A DNA stretch of 64,000 nucleotides from Gammaproteobacteria bacterium (GTDB lineage: Bacteria; Pseudomonadota; Gammaproteobacteria; GCA-002705445; GCA-002716945), in the NCBI GenBank assembly GCA_038142325.1, contig JAYQJW010000002.1, positions 779,328-843,327 of the forward strand. Reading direction: 5' to 3'. A model generated the notes under the pieces. It worked only from the letters and a program-made list of their open reading frames with translations. It searched no databases and had not been told where the DNA came from. Each line of letters opens with the position of its first letter. The first letter of the stretch is position 1. Positions 1 through 12,147 of this stretch are shown here, piece by piece. The position numbers and the translations under genes are program-made.

Positions 1-255
1 CTCTATCTCATAATCACCACAATCACTAAAGACACCCAGTTTAGATTCAATGCTGTAAGTTTTTTTGTCATTTAATAGATAAGGAATATATTTTGTTGCT
101 TGTCCAAAAATTATTGGCAATACACCACTTGCCAACGGATCAAGAATGCCAAAAATACCCGCTTTCTTAATGCTAGTCTTATTCTTGAATAAAGAAAGTA
201 CTTTATTTGAAGTAATATATTTTTTCTTATTAATTAGAATTGCGCCGTCAAACAC
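1..255 (-). CDS. truB: tRNA pseudouridine(55) synthase, N-terminal part (runs off the window edge)
   Basis: Manual translation from GTG at 255: MFDGAILINKK...KAGIFGILDPLASGVLPIIFGQATKY, matching the TruB LDP..SGVL motif; follows rbfA. Confidence 0.9.
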   Translation of the reverse strand, partial: MFDGAILINKKKYITSNKVLSLFKNKTSIKKAGIFGILDPLASGVLPIIFGQATKYIPYLLNDKKTYSIESKLGVFSDCGDYEIE

Positions 256-261
256 AAGTTA

Positions 262-591
262 TTAGTTTAGTGAATCAATTAATTTGTTAATTTTCTGAGC
301 TTTAATATTAGTATCATCATGGATAAACTTTATATCTGGAATGCGCTTGAGGTGAACATTCCTCGATAAGTGATATTTGATAATAGGTTTAAGAGAATTT
401 ATTGTTTTCTCAATTTTTTTATAGTCATCATTTAATGTTGTAAAATAAACAATTCCACTTCTAATATCTTTTGATACTTTAATGTCCGTAATTGTGACAG
501 TATTTTTAATCTCTGGATTATCGATTCGTGTAAGGATGATGTTTGCAATTTCTTTGTGAAGAAGATCTTCAATTTTATTCATCCTGTTCAT
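262..591 (-). CDS. rbfA: ribosome-binding factor A
   Basis: VTITDIKVSKD and LKRIPDIKFIHD motifs; infB-rbfA-truB order. Confidence 0.93.
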   Translation of the reverse strand: MNRMNKIEDLLHKEIANIILTRIDNPEIKNTVTITDIKVSKDIRSGIVYFTTLNDDYKKIEKTINSLKPIIKYHLSRNVHLKRIPDIKFIHDDTNIKAQKINKLIDSLN

Positions 592-2740
592 CTATACAGA
601 GCGTTTAATTTCCGTTCTTTTATACACTTCTATTTGATCACCTGCTTTAATATCATTATAGTCTTTAACCCCTATTCCACATTCTGTGCCACTTTTTACT
701 TCTTTCACGTCCTCTTTAAATCTTCTCAAAGATTCAAGTTCACCCTCATATATAACAGTATTATCACGCAAAACTCTAATAGGTTGATCTTTCTGAATTG
801 TTCCCTCTGAAACAATTGATCCTGCAATAGCACCAAGCTTGGATGAACGAAATACATCTTTTACAGTTGCGAAACCTATAATTTCTTCCTTAATTTCAGG
901 CTCTAATTCACCTGATAAATCATATTTTACATTATCTATTAAATCGTAAATAATACTGAAATATTTGAGTGGTATTTCATGAGATTCAACAAGTTTTTTA
1001 GCTTTACTATCTGCCCTAACATTAAACCCTATAACATGAGCACCTGCACTTACAGCTAAGTTAATATCTGATTCAGTTATTCCTCCGACTCCACTATATA
1101 CAATATCAAGGCCAACATCAGGATTTTCGATAGACTGGAGACTGCTGATAATCGCTTCACAGCTTCCCTGCACATCAGTTTTAATAAGATAGTTAATAAT
1201 TTTTTTATTGTTGCTGGCATCACCAAAGGACTCTATTGAAAAGTTTTTTTGCTTCGATTGCATATCAATTTCTTTTTGTTTTTCTCTCTCTTGACGATGC
1301 AATGTCTTTGACTTTTTTCTCATCATCTGTAGATACAAGTTGATCCCCAACATTCGGTGTTGCCGAAGGACCTGTTATCACAGCAGGTGTACTCGGACCT
1401 GCGCTCTTTATTGGTTTACCAAATTCATTAAACAAAGCTCTTACTCTACCGAAAGTTTGGCCAACAAGTATGAAATCTTTTTGATTTAAAATACCATTTT
1501 GAATAAGTATCGTCGCTATTGGACCTTTTCCTTTATCAAGAGAAGATTCAATTACTATACCTGTTGCAGGTCCTTGATCATTTGCTTTTAATTCTAATAT
1601 CTCAGCTTGTAATACAACTGAATCAAGTAAATTATCTACGCCCTCACCTGTTAGAGCAGATATAGGTACAAAAATTGTATCGCCACCCCAGTCCTCTGGC
1701 ACAACGTCATTTGCAGCAAGATCATTTTTAACTTTTTCTTGATCTGCATTTTCTTTGTCAATTTTATTTATTGCAACAATCATAGGAACACTAGCAGCTT
1801 TTGAATGCTCTATTGCCTCTTTGGTTTGAGGCATTACGCCGTCATCAGCAGAAACAACTAAAATAACTATATCAGTAACTTGCGCGCCTCTTGCACGCAT
1901 ACTTGTGAAAGCTGCGTGTCCTGGAGTATCTAGAAATGCAATTTCACCATTATTAGTTTTAACTTTATATGCACCGATATGCTGTGTTATCCCTCCAGAT
2001 TCAGATTCAGTTATTTTAGATTTTCTGATGTAGTCAAGCAATGATGTTTTTCCGTGATCAACATGACCCATAATTGTGACAATAGGCGCTCTTGGTTTAC
2101 CCTCAGTAATTTTAATTTTTTGTGTAGTGATTATCTCATCTTCGGACTCTTTTATAATAATTGCTTTATGCCCAAGCTCTTCAGTTATAAGAACAGCAGT
2201 ATCTTGATCCAACGACTGATTAACAGTGGCCATTACTCCTAACCCCATCATTTTTGCAATTAAATCCGAGTTTTTTAATGCCATTTGACCTGCTAACTCG
2301 GCAACAGTCATAGATTGCTTAATTTTTACATCTCTAACAACAGGCTCAGTTGGTTTTTCAAATTTATGAGTTGATTGAATTTCTTGAACTTTAGGTGTAA
2401 TTTTTTTATTTTTATCTTTTTTATTTGGATGCTTTAGATGTAATTCTTTATTTTCCATTTTCTCAATTTTTTCATCCTTATCAACCTTATGTTTTTTTGG
2501 AGTTTTTGCTTCGATAGGTTGAGCTTGAGTAGATGGTTTTAATTTATTAGCTTTTGGTTTAATAGCTGCCTCATTGGCAGATGTTTCTTTCTTTTCAGTA
2601 TTAATGGACGGTTTATTTACTGAAGATGATGTTTTAGCAACTATTCTTCTTTTTCTTTTTACATGAACACCAGAAGACGATGTACTTTTTCTGGAGGATA
2701 AAGTATCTGATTTAAGCTTTATATTATCTTTCTCACTCAT
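592..2740 (-). CDS. infB: translation initiation factor IF-2 (split by a probable sequencing frameshift near 1280)
   Basis: [13 protein letters not shown] and NKID GTPase motifs in ORF 1265-2740; C-terminal [18 protein letters not shown] in ORF 592-1353; frames join at an A-run. Confidence 0.96.
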
Positions 2741-4244
2741 TTTCTTCCTTAAACCAACTTTCTCTCGCCTGCATAATTACTTTACCTGCAGTTTCATTAG
2801 ATATATCAATAAAGTCTAATAGTTCATCTACAGATAAATCAGCTACATCATTGATAGTAAATATATCATTATTTCTGAGTAAAGTTAGTTGATCATCAGT
2901 TAAATTATCTAAGTTTTCTAGAGAATTTTTATCATTGATTTCTTTTTGTTGTTGCTCATACGCTTCTGTTGCTCTTTTTCTAAGCTCCTGAACAAGCTCT
3001 TGATCAAAACCATCAATTTCTTCAAGTTCCTCTAGCTCACAGAGAGCAATTTCTTCTATGCTTGTAAAACCTTCCTCTGCGAGAATCTTCGCAACATCAT
3101 TGTCAACATTAAGGCTGTTCTGGAACTTAATTGCTGTTTCCTCTTCCTCTTTTGCATTCTTATCATCGGCTTCGCTCTTGCTCATCACATTCAAATTCCA
3201 GCCAGAAAGTTCACTTGCTAACCTAACATTCTGCCCGCCTCTTCCAATAGCTTGAGAAAGCTGTTCCTCTGATACAGCTATGTCCATAGATTTACTATTT
3301 TCATCGACAACAATAGACAAAACTTCAGCCGGAGACATTGCATTAATCACAAATTTTGCTGGATCTTCATCCCAAGGAATTATGTCAATCCTCTCTCCAG
3401 CTAGTTCATTAGATACAGACTGTACTCGAGAGCCTCTCATGCCAACACAAGCACCGATTGCGTCAAGTTTTGGGTCATTTGATTTCACAGCAATTTTAGC
3501 CCTCACTCCTGGATCTCTTGATGCGCCAAGGATTTCAATTATTCCTTGACCAACTTCAGGAACTTCTATGCTGAAAAGTTCTATCAAGAATTCTGGACAT
3601 TTTCTTGATATATAAAGCTGCGGACCTCTAGATTCTGATTGAACATCCATTAAATATCCTCGAATCCTATCACCTGGTTTAATAATTTCTCGTGGTATGA
3701 GATTATCTTTAAGTATCATAGCCTCATCAGAGACTCCGCCATTTTCTACAGAACTCAAATCAAGATAAACATTATTTTTATCTACTCTTTTAACAATACC
3801 AAACAAAAGCTCTCCTATACGAGGAGAATATAGATCAACAATTCTGTTTCTCTCTGCAGCCTTTAAACGAGATACAATATTTTGTTTTGCGGTTTGTGCC
3901 ACGATTCTTCCAAACTCAACAGATTCAATTTCTTCCGTTATAAAATCTCCAGACTGAATTTCAGATTTTTTTTCCTGAGCAATTTCAAGAAGCATTTTCA
4001 TTTGATATTCATCGTCAATTTCCATTTTATCGACAACTTCCCATCTTCTATATGTTTTATAAGTACCATCATCTTGATTTATAACTACCTGAACGTCTAT
4101 TTCATCTTGCGTCTTGTTATCAAGTTTATATTTTTTCTTTACAGCAGACGCTAGAGCATGCTCCATTGCGTCAATAATTATTTCTCTATCAACATTTTTT
4201 TCATTAGAAACACTGTCAATTATAAGAAGGATGTCTTTATTCAT
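2733..4244 (-). CDS. nusA: transcription termination/antitermination factor NusA
   Basis: [12 protein letters not shown]1 and KH motifs [11 protein letters not shown] and [12 protein letters not shown], acidic C-terminal repeats. Confidence 0.97.
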   Translation of the reverse strand: MNKDILLIIDSVSNEKNVDREIIIDAMEHALASAVKKKYKLDNKTQDEIDVQVVINQDDGTYKTYRRWEVVDKMEIDDEYQMKMLLEIAQEKKSEIQSGDFITEEIESVEFGRIVAQTAKQNIVSRLKAAERNRIVDLYSPRIGELLFGIVKRVDKNNVYLDLSSVENGGVSDEAMILKDNLIPREIIKPGDRIRGYLMDVQSESRGPQLYISRKCPEFLIELFSIEVPEVGQGIIEILGASRDPGVRAKIAVKSNDPKLDAIGACVGMRGSRVQSVSNELAGERIDIIPWDEDPAKFVINAMSPAEVLSIVVDENSKSMDIAVSEEQLSQAIGRGGQNVRLASELSGWNLNVMSKSEADDKNAKEEEETAIKFQNSLNVDNDVAKILAEEGFTSIEEIALCELEELEEIDGFDQELVQELRKRATEAYEQQQKEINDKNSLENLDNLTDDQLTLLRNNDIFTINDVADLSVDELLDFIDISNETAGKVIMQARESWFKEENE

Positions 4245-4696
4245 ATCTTGATCTCCTTTATCAGATTAGCTTTTTTTATATCGCTCATACTTATTTCTAT
4301 AGTCTGTTTCTTGTCAGAAAGTATTATTAATTCATTTTCAATATAATATTTGCCCGTGAATCGTTTTTGATTATTAAGGTTCCTTTTGAGTTCAACGAAC
4401 ACTTTTTCACCTTGATATTTGATAAAATCTTTTAAATTAAACAGCGGACGATTAATACCTGGAGATGATACTTGAATATTAAAATCGTCTTCGAGCATGT
4501 TTTCTAACTTGATAAAATTTTTCACTGTATTTGATGTCTCTGCACAATCATCTAATGAAATACCATTATCAGATTCAATAATAATCTCAATTGATTTTCC
4601 TGATTTTGTTCCAAAAATTTTAACATCAATTGCCTCAATACTTTGATTTAACAATTCGTTCAACCTTTCCATAATTCTTTCTTCAATCTGTCTCAT
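4241..4696 (-). CDS. rimP: ribosome maturation factor RimP
   Basis: GISLDDC and VSSPGINRPL motifs; directly upstream of nusA. Confidence 0.93.
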   Translation of the reverse strand: MRQIEERIMERLNELLNQSIEAIDVKIFGTKSGKSIEIIIESDNGISLDDCAETSNTVKNFIKLENMLEDDFNIQVSSPGINRPLFNLKDFIKYQGEKVFVELKRNLNNQKRFTGKYYIENELIILSDKKQTIEISMSDIKKANLIKEIKI

Positions 4697-4742
4697 AAAA
4701 AATGCATTAAAATGGCCCCAAATGGAGCCTGTGGCTATTGTA
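4697..4742 (-). promoter_or_regulatory. rimP promoter -10 and rimP-leader-like hairpin
   Basis: Minus strand has TACAAT (4742-4737), then hairpin GGCTCC-ATTT-GGGGCC (4729-4714), then a T-rich tract up to the rimP ATG. Confidence 0.55.
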
Positions 4743-4781
4743 TCTCAAAAAACGATATATATGAAATTTATTAGAGGTTTT

Positions 4782-4858
<77 letters not shown>

Positions 4859-4867
4859 TTGAATCGA

Positions 4868-4896
4868 AGTCTATAATTTATAATGTATTTTTTCAA
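4868..4896 (-). promoter_or_regulatory. sigma70 promoter of tRNA-fMet
   Basis: TTGAAA (4896-4891), 17 bp spacer, TAGACT (4873-4868). Confidence 0.6.
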
Positions 4897-4897
4897 G

Positions 4898-6328
4898 TTA
4901 AATGCTTATCGGTGATAAGATACTCGTTAAATACTGAGATAAATCAAATATCAAATAAGGGAAAATTCCTAAGCCCAAAAGTAGAAGCACATTGATTGAT
5001 AGGATAATGTTATTTTTTGAATATGTTGCAATCATGTTAACTCGTTCTTCAAAATAAATACTTTTAATCACTTTCAAATAGTAATATGCGGATATAACAG
5101 TCATTAACACTACAATTACGGATAGGAAAACAAGAGATTGATTAACAAGTGTCTGTATTACTATTAGCTTAGCATGAAATCCAATAAATGGAGGTATTCC
5201 AGCAGAAGAGAGCATTGTAAATAAAATTAATATTGCATAGTAAGGATGATTTTTTGATAATCCTGCAATATCCGAGATATTTTCTACACCAGCACTATTT
5301 GATGTAATATGTGTAATCACTCCAAAAGAAGCAAGAGCTGTAAAAGAATACACAATTGTATAGTACAGAGATGCCTGAATTCCTCCATCAGAAACAAGGC
5401 CCAATGATAATAATATAAAACCAATATTCGATATCGCAGAATATGCGAGTAATCTTTTAATGTTTTCTTGCGTTAAAGCAAAAATGCTACCAATAATTAT
5501 TGACAGCACGCCAACAAAAATTAAAATATCAGACCAAATATATTCTAGCTCTAAAAATGGAATATAATAGAGCTTTAAAAATACTATGAAAACTGCAATT
5601 TTAGGTACTGTACTCAAGAGAACAGTTGTGCTGATTAGTGAGCCTTGATATATGTCTGGGACCCACATGTGAAATGGTGCTGCACCAAATTTAAAACATA
5701 GACTTGCAGTAATGAACATAATGCCAAATGTTACTCCAAGATACTCAATGCTAGTGTTGTTCATACTGTTCAATTGGTTTGCAATTTCAAAATAATTTAT
5801 TGAACCTGTGAAACCATAGATTAGAGATATTCCAAAAAGAAGTATCCCGGACGACATAGCGCCAAGTACATAGTATTTGATGGCAGCCTCAGAAGATAAA
5901 CCTGATTTTTTATTAAATCCGATTAAAGCATATAAAGCTAATGATAATAATTCAATTCCTAGATACAGCATTAATAAACTGTAAGCTGAAATCATGACCA
6001 TAGTACCTATTATTCCTAAAATAGATATCGTGAAGTATTCAATTTTAAGAGTCTTTATATAAGCGAGATGCTTATATGAGTAATGAAATACAATTATAGA
6101 GAATACTAAAAGAATAAATTTCAATAAATTAATAAACCTACTTGATTCATAGGCATCATAGTTTATGTATGTAGAGAAATTAATTGAGCAATATGCTGCA
6201 AGAATAAGTAACAGTTGTATTAGAAAGTATGAAAAAAATTTGTTCTTTTGAAGATACAAATCAATGATGATAACAAACATCAGTCCTATAGAAAGGATAA
6301 TTTCGGGCATAAGTAATAAACTCATCAT
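4898..6328 (-). CDS. nuoN: NADH-quinone oxidoreductase subunit N
   Basis: EAAIKYYVLGA and FKFGAAPFHMWVPDIYQG motifs. Confidence 0.96.
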   Translation of the reverse strand: MMSLLLMPEIILSIGLMFVIIIDLYLQKNKFFSYFLIQLLLILAAYCSINFSTYINYDAYESSRFINLLKFILLVFSIIVFHYSYKHLAYIKTLKIEYFTISILGIIGTMVMISAYSLLMLYLGIELLSLALYALIGFNKKSGLSSEAAIKYYVLGAMSSGILLFGISLIYGFTGSINYFEIANQLNSMNNTSIEYLGVTFGIMFITASLCFKFGAAPFHMWVPDIYQGSLISTTVLLSTVPKIAVFIVFLKLYYIPFLELEYIWSDILIFVGVLSIIIGSIFALTQENIKRLLAYSAISNIGFILLSLGLVSDGGIQASLYYTIVYSFTALASFGVITHITSNSAGVENISDIAGLSKNHPYYAILILFTMLSSAGIPPFIGFHAKLIVIQTLVNQSLVFLSVIVVLMTVISAYYYLKVIKSIYFEERVNMIATYSKNNIILSINVLLLLGLGIFPYLIFDLSQYLTSILSPISI

Positions 6329-7830
6329 GGCCTTATTCCCATCTGTATTGAATAAATAATGTTATTTGTTGACGAATCAATAAGTTTAAACAGAGGATCA
6401 GGCGAAACACCCAGATATATTACAAAAATAATTAGAATACTTAAGACTATCTTTTCATTAAATCTAAATTCAGAGTAGCCTTGAGTGTTCTTTGGGTTGT
6501 CACCAAACAAAACATTCTTACCTAATTTAAGCGAGTATGATGCAGATAATATTAAAGAAAGTGCTGCTAGTAAACCAAACATGAAGCTTGAGGCCAAAGA
6601 GGAGCTAATTACTAGAAACTCACCCACAAAACCAGATGTGCCTGGTAGCCCTGAGTTAGCCATGAGAAAAAAAATCATCATGAAAGAAAATATTGGCATG
6701 AATTGCGCTGCACCAAAATTATCTTTTATGAGACGAGAATGTGAATGCTTATATAAAATTCCGATACAGAAAAAAAGAGCAGCAGAAATCAAGCCATGGG
6801 AGATCATTTGAATCATAGCTCCTTCAAGACCGATTATTGCAGCAGCTGTATTTGTGCTAAGAAGGTTAAATACTAGAAATATACCCATAGTCACAAAGCC
6901 CATATGAGCAACCGATGAATATGCTATGAGTTTTTTCATATCTTCTTGCGCGTATGCCACAAAACTAATATAGATTATTGCAACTAATGATAGATAGATC
7001 ATATATTCACTATATAAAATACCAGCCTCAGTTACGGTAGGTAACATAAATCTTATCATTCCATAACCACCAACTTTAAGTAAAACAGCAGCCAGAATAA
7101 CTGATCCACTTGTTGGGGCTTCCACATGTGCATCAGGTAGCCATGTGTGAACAGGCCACATAGGAATTTTAATTCCAAAACCAATCAAAAATGCTAGAAG
7201 AATTAAGGTTTGTTCTTGGAGAGATAAATTTAGACTATAAAAATCTTGTATTGCAAATGATTGAGCTAAATTTCCAAGATAAATCAAGGATACGAGCATT
7301 AAAACTGAGCCAAATAAAGTGTATAGAAACAATTTTAAAGTTGCATATTTTCTATTAGGACCACCCCATATGCCGATGATTAAAAAAAGAGGTATCAGTA
7401 GACTTTCAAAAAATATATAAAATAAAATACTATCAAATGCAGAGAATGTGCCCATCAACAAACCTTCCAAAATTAGAAAGTAACCTAAATATGATGATTT
7501 GTTATCGTATTGCTCTGATTGCGTAAAAATCACAATTAAAAAAATTATAAAAGTGGTTAGTATAATTAAAGAAACGGAAATGCCATCAACAGCTAAATAA
7601 TAAAAAATATTGAAGCCAGATATCCACTGAACTTTTTCTACAAATTGTAAATTAATAGAGTCGCTATCATAATATTGAAGAAGTTGTATAGAAATAATTA
7701 AAACTAATATGGTTGTAACTAAAGCAATGGTTGAGGAAGTTGATTTACTTAAGTTATTAAAAGCTACCAGCGCAACCCCTACTATAATTGGGAACCAAAT
7801 TAAAATACTAAGAATAGGATAATCAATCAT
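6325..7830 (-). CDS. nuoM: NADH-quinone oxidoreductase subunit M
   Basis: PVHTWLPDAHVEAPTSGS and KKLIAYSSVAHMG motifs. Confidence 0.97.
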   Translation of the reverse strand: MIDYPILSILIWFPIIVGVALVAFNNLSKSTSSTIALVTTILVLIISIQLLQYYDSDSINLQFVEKVQWISGFNIFYYLAVDGISVSLIILTTFIIFLIVIFTQSEQYDNKSSYLGYFLILEGLLMGTFSAFDSILFYIFFESLLIPLFLIIGIWGGPNRKYATLKLFLYTLFGSVLMLVSLIYLGNLAQSFAIQDFYSLNLSLQEQTLILLAFLIGFGIKIPMWPVHTWLPDAHVEAPTSGSVILAAVLLKVGGYGMIRFMLPTVTEAGILYSEYMIYLSLVAIIYISFVAYAQEDMKKLIAYSSVAHMGFVTMGIFLVFNLLSTNTAAAIIGLEGAMIQMISHGLISAALFFCIGILYKHSHSRLIKDNFGAAQFMPIFSFMMIFFLMANSGLPGTSGFVGEFLVISSSLASSFMFGLLAALSLILSASYSLKLGKNVLFGDNPKNTQGYSEFRFNEKIVLSILIIFVIYLGVSPDPLFKLIDSSTNNIIYSIQMGIRP

Positions 7831-7833
7831 TTA

Positions 7834-9752
7834 TTAACTAGCTCGAGAAAGTATTAGTAATAAAATCAAAGCTGAAATGATTACCAATGAATAATGATAT
7901 ATATACCCTGTTTGAATTTTTTTATTTTATTTGAAATCAAACTAAGTAGATTGGAAGTATTATTTACAAGGCCGTTATCAATTGTAGAGTTATCAATATT
8001 CTTCCATAAATATTCTGTAATTTTCTTTTGGTAGTTAGGTACAAGAACTGAAGAGAAATAATTGAAACCATATTCTTGGGTGAGAATTTTTTTTATAGTA
8101 TCAGGTACTCTAAATTCAAATGATTTTTTATAGAAAAAGAAATAACTGAATAGAATAGCAACAAATAATATTAAGAAATTAATTGTCAAAAATGAATGCA
8201 GAAAAAATTCCAATGAATTAATTACATAATCATTATAAAAAGACGACACAAGAGAACTTGAGGCTAATGACGATTGAAAAAGTGAACCATTCATTAGTGG
8301 GTCATAAATGAATAGACCAATAAATACTGAAGGAGCAGTAAGTATGAATAAGGGGTAAATGATTTCTTTATCATTTTCCTCATCACTTGATTTAAACTTA
8401 TCGCTAATTGTACTGTCGCCGAAGAATACTTTAAAAAATATTTTTGATGTATAAAGGGTAGTTGTGAAAATAGACAGTAAAAGTAAAACATATGGTACTG
8501 TATGACCATAATAACCAATAGCATCAATAATAGTCTCTTTTGAATAAAATCCAGAGGTCAGTGGAAAACCAATCAGCGATAAAGAGGCATATAGAAAAGC
8601 TAGATATGTAATGGGCATATATTTTCTCAAACCACCAATCTTTCTTATATCTTGCTCATGATGACATTTAATTATTATAGAACCTGCACATAGAAAGAGC
8701 AGAGCTTTAAAAAAGGCATGTGTTATCAAATGAAACATTGCAAGAGAATACAAAGATGCGCCAAGAGCTGCGGTCATATATCCTAATTGAGATATTGTCG
8801 AGTATGCAATGATTCTTTTTATATCATTTTGCACAAGTGCTACCAGTCCAAGTAAAAATGCAGTTAATGAACCAACGTATAATATAAATAATAAAACGTC
8901 ATCAGTTAATTCGTAGAGTGGAGATAGACGTGCAACCATATATATTCCAGCTGTTACCATAGTAGCAGCATGAATTAATGCGGAAATAGGCGTTGGACCT
9001 TCCATAGAATCTGGTAACCAAAAGTGTAGCGGTATTTGAGCAGATTTTGCCATTGCTCCGATAAACAAAAGAAAACAAACAGCGCTAAGAGTATTAAATG
9101 AATAGCCGAATATATTTAATTGATCAGAAAATATAGAATATTTTAAATTAAATATCTCATTATAATCTGTACTGCCATAAATTAGAAAAATTAAACATAA
9201 ACCTAACAATAGACCAACGTCACCGACTCTATTTACAATGAATGCTTTGTAGTTTGCATTGATAGCTGTATCTTTTTTTAGCCAGAAACCGATCAAAAGA
9301 TAAGACGAGAGCCCTACAAGCTCCCAACCAATAAATAGTTGAAAAAAATTATTTGATAGAACAATTAAAAGCATTGAAAAGGTAAAAAAGTTTGTGTAGA
9401 TGAAGAATCAGTTATAAGAAGAGTCATTTTTCATATAGGCAATAGAGTAAAAGTGAACCAGCAGTGACACTGATGTTACAACAGAACACATGATTATAGA
9501 CAAAGAGTCAATATATAATCCAAAGTGTAATGAGAATTGCTCAACGTCAGCAAAAGTGAATATATTATGTGATATTGCTCCAGAATTAGACGAATAAAAT
9601 GAATATAGAATGTAGATAGATAATAAGAATGCTGCCAATATTGAAGTGTTAGAAATTATTGAGGTCAATTTCTTAGATGAATTCTGAAAGAATAGCAATA
9701 ACAAGGTTCCAAATAATGGAAATAGCAGTAGTAAGCTAGTTAATGTGATCAA
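7834..9752 (-). CDS. nuoL: NADH-quinone oxidoreductase subunit L (in-frame TGA at 9408-9410 and a frameshift near 7920, probable errors)
   Basis: [31 protein letters not shown] motif; ORFs 9408-9752 and 7881-9374 are in the same frame; C-terminal QTGYIYHY is in the shifted frame and ends at 7834. Confidence 0.95.
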
Positions 9753-10054
9753 CCTTTAAGCTCCGATAAATCGTCTACATCTATAGATTTCTTACTTCTG
9801 AACAATACTATTAAAAGCGCAAGGCCAATTGCTGACTCAGCTGCAACAACTGTCAAGACAAAAAAAACAAACACTTGTCCAGTTAAATCGCCAAGATAAT
9901 TGCCAAGAGTAATTAAATTAAAATTTACAGATAAAAACATAAGCTCCAAAGACATAAGTAAAACAAGGATATTTTTTCTATTCAGGAATATTCCTGCTAT
10001 AGATAGCGTAAATATTATCGTACTTAGAATTAAATAATAGCTGATGGGGATCAT
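9749..10054 (-). CDS. nuoK: NADH-quinone oxidoreductase subunit K
   Basis: LMSLELM and [21 protein letters not shown] motifs. Confidence 0.96.
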   Translation of the reverse strand: MIPISYYLILSTIIFTLSIAGIFLNRKNILVLLMSLELMFLSVNFNLITLGNYLGDLTGQVFVFFVLTVVAAESAIGLALLIVLFRSKKSIDVDDLSELKG

Positions 10055-10055
10055 A

Positions 10056-10651
10056 TTACTCTTTTAATCCTGTAATAACTTTTAATCTATCTTTTTTGAA
10101 ACCTCTATTTGTTTCGATGGATTTTGAAATTTATTATCTGGATTCTTCCGATATGTCAAAACAATAGCAGCAATGATGCCAAGTAAAAGAATCAGTCCCG
10201 CAATTTCGAATTCAAGTATGTACTCTGTAAAGAGTAAATAACCTAAGTTTTCAGTATTGCTCTCACTAATAATGTTTATATTGTTAACAGCATTGTAATT
10301 AATATTTTCGAAGGTATTTACAAAGAAATATATTATTAATAGATTAAAAATTATAAAAACGCCCAATCCTAATGGAAGGTATTTTATATATGCTGCTTTT
10401 TTTCTAGCTATATTTATATCTAACATCATCACAACAAATAAAAACAAGACCATAACTGCTCCAACATAAACTAATATTAATATTATGGATAGGAATTCAG
10501 CTCCTAGAAGTAACCAAAGGACGGCGGATAAAAAAAATGAAAAGACTAAATTAATAGCTGACAAGACTGGATTTGATGATGAAATAACCTTAATTGATGT
10601 GAATATAAGTAAGGCACTGAAAATAAAAAAAGTAATTAACTCTATGTTCAT
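10056..10651 (-). CDS. nuoJ: NADH-quinone oxidoreductase subunit J (C-terminal frameshift near 10093)
   Basis: [20 protein letters not shown] motif; shifted frame continues [11 protein letters not shown] to 10056. Confidence 0.95.
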
Positions 10652-11130
10652 TTGGAATTTATATCTCTATCTATAAGTTCTTGTTTTTCATACATATCAC
10701 CAATTTTTAAAAGGTCGATTTTATTCATTACACCATCTTTCCTTCGTTCAAAATGATATTCAAAAATTCCTGTCTCTACTATGGCATCTACAGGACACGC
10801 CTCCTCACAAAATCCACAATAAATACACTTAAATAAATCAATCTCATATTTAGTGGTCCTTCGTGTTTTATCACTTCTTTCTTCCGTGTCTATAGAGATT
10901 GCTAATGCAGGACAAACTGCTTCACAAAGTTTACAGCCTATACATCTTTCCTCGCCATTAGGATATTTTCTCAGCGCATGCAGTCCCCTAAACCTGGTTG
11001 ATAATGGAGTTTTTTCTTCTGGATATTGCACGGTGATAGGTTTTTTTGAAAGCTTCTTACCGGTAATTGTAAGACCCTTGAGAATCTCAAGGAAAAATAA
11101 ACTTTTGATAAATTTAATTAAATTATTCAT
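10648..11130 (-). CDS. nuoI: NADH-quinone oxidoreductase subunit I
   Basis: Two 4Fe-4S motifs, [12 protein letters not shown] and [12 protein letters not shown]. Confidence 0.97.
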   Translation of the reverse strand: MNNLIKFIKSLFFLEILKGLTITGKKLSKKPITVQYPEEKTPLSTRFRGLHALRKYPNGEERCIGCKLCEAVCPALAISIDTEERSDKTRRTTKYEIDLFKCIYCGFCEEACPVDAIVETGIFEYHFERRKDGVMNKIDLLKIGDMYEKQELIDRDINSK

Positions 11131-11132
11131 AT

Positions 11133-12146
11133 TTATAACGGCAAATATTTAAAGTATATTAGTATACCTACAACAGTTAGCCAAAAGAATGTTATTGGTA
11201 AAAAAACTTTCCAGCCTAATCTCATAATTTGATCATATCTATATCTTGGAAGGGTAGCTCTCAACCAGAGGAATATAAAAATAAAAATAATTGTCTTTAT
11301 AGATAGCCAAACAAAACCAGGTATGAATGAGAAATATGAATCTAAAAATGTACCTTGAAAAGGAGATAACCAGCCGCCAAAAAACATAATACTTGCTAAA
11401 ATACTAATTAAAATTAAATTCATATATTCAGCAAGAAAGAACATAGCAAATGCCATTCCAGAATATTCAACATGAAAACCAGCAACTATCTCTGATTCAC
11501 CTTCAGAAACATCAAATGGCGCTCGGTTTGTTTCAGCAACACCGGAAATAAAATAAATTAAAAATAATGGAAATAAAGGTAACCAAAACCAATTTAAAAA
11601 TGAACCAGATTGTTCTTGAATTATTATTTGCAAGTTTAGACTACCAGATAACATTAAAACACCAACAAGAGCAAAGCCCATTGCAATTTCATATGCAATA
11701 ATTTGAGCAGCTGATCTCATTGAACCAAGAAAAGCATATTTAGAATTGGAGGCCCAGCCTGCGAGAATAACGCCGTAAACGCTAAGTGATGTAAGAGCTA
11801 AGATAAATAATAAACCAGCATTAATATCTGAAATAATAAAAAATTCAGATAAAGGAATTACAGACCAAACTAATAATGAGGGTACAAGCATAAGCATTGG
11901 AGCAGTGAGAAATATTCCCTTATTAGCCTGTGAGGGAATAATTATTTCTTTAGAAACTAATTTTAAAACATCAGCTATTGGTTGTAAGAGACCTGAAGGG
12001 CCAACTCTGGTAGGACCCATTCTTGATTGCATAAAACCAATTATTTTTCGTTCAGAATATGTAACATATGCCACTATTAAAAAAAGAGGTATTACAACAG
12101 ACAATATTGAAACCAAAGTATTAATAATGTAGAAAACTATATCCAT
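11133..12146 (-). CDS. nuoH: NADH-quinone oxidoreductase subunit H
   Basis: [12 protein letters not shown] and [19 protein letters not shown] motifs. Confidence 0.97.
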   Translation of the reverse strand: MDIVFYIINTLVSILSVVIPLFLIVAYVTYSERKIIGFMQSRMGPTRVGPSGLLQPIADVLKLVSKEIIIPSQANKGIFLTAPMLMLVPSLLVWSVIPLSEFFIISDINAGLLFILALTSLSVYGVILAGWASNSKYAFLGSMRSAAQIIAYEIAMGFALVGVLMLSGSLNLQIIIQEQSGSFLNWFWLPLFPLFLIYFISGVAETNRAPFDVSEGESEIVAGFHVEYSGMAFAMFFLAEYMNLILISILASIMFFGGWLSPFQGTFLDSYFSFIPGFVWLSIKTIIFIFIFLWLRATLPRYRYDQIMRLGWKVFLPITFFWLTVVGILIYFKYLPL

Positions 12147-12147
12147 A

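Noticed and set aside
9408-9410. In-frame TGA in nuoL, plus TGA in mlaA (44992) and TAG-TGA in the porin (55915), as stop-codon reassignment or selenocysteine
   Set aside because: The expected residues differ (Arg in nuoL, Gly in mlaA), each is one substitution from a sense codon, and TGA ends many genes here, often in ATGA overlaps. A nearby GGT-to-TGT-like change in mlaA also points to base-call errors.
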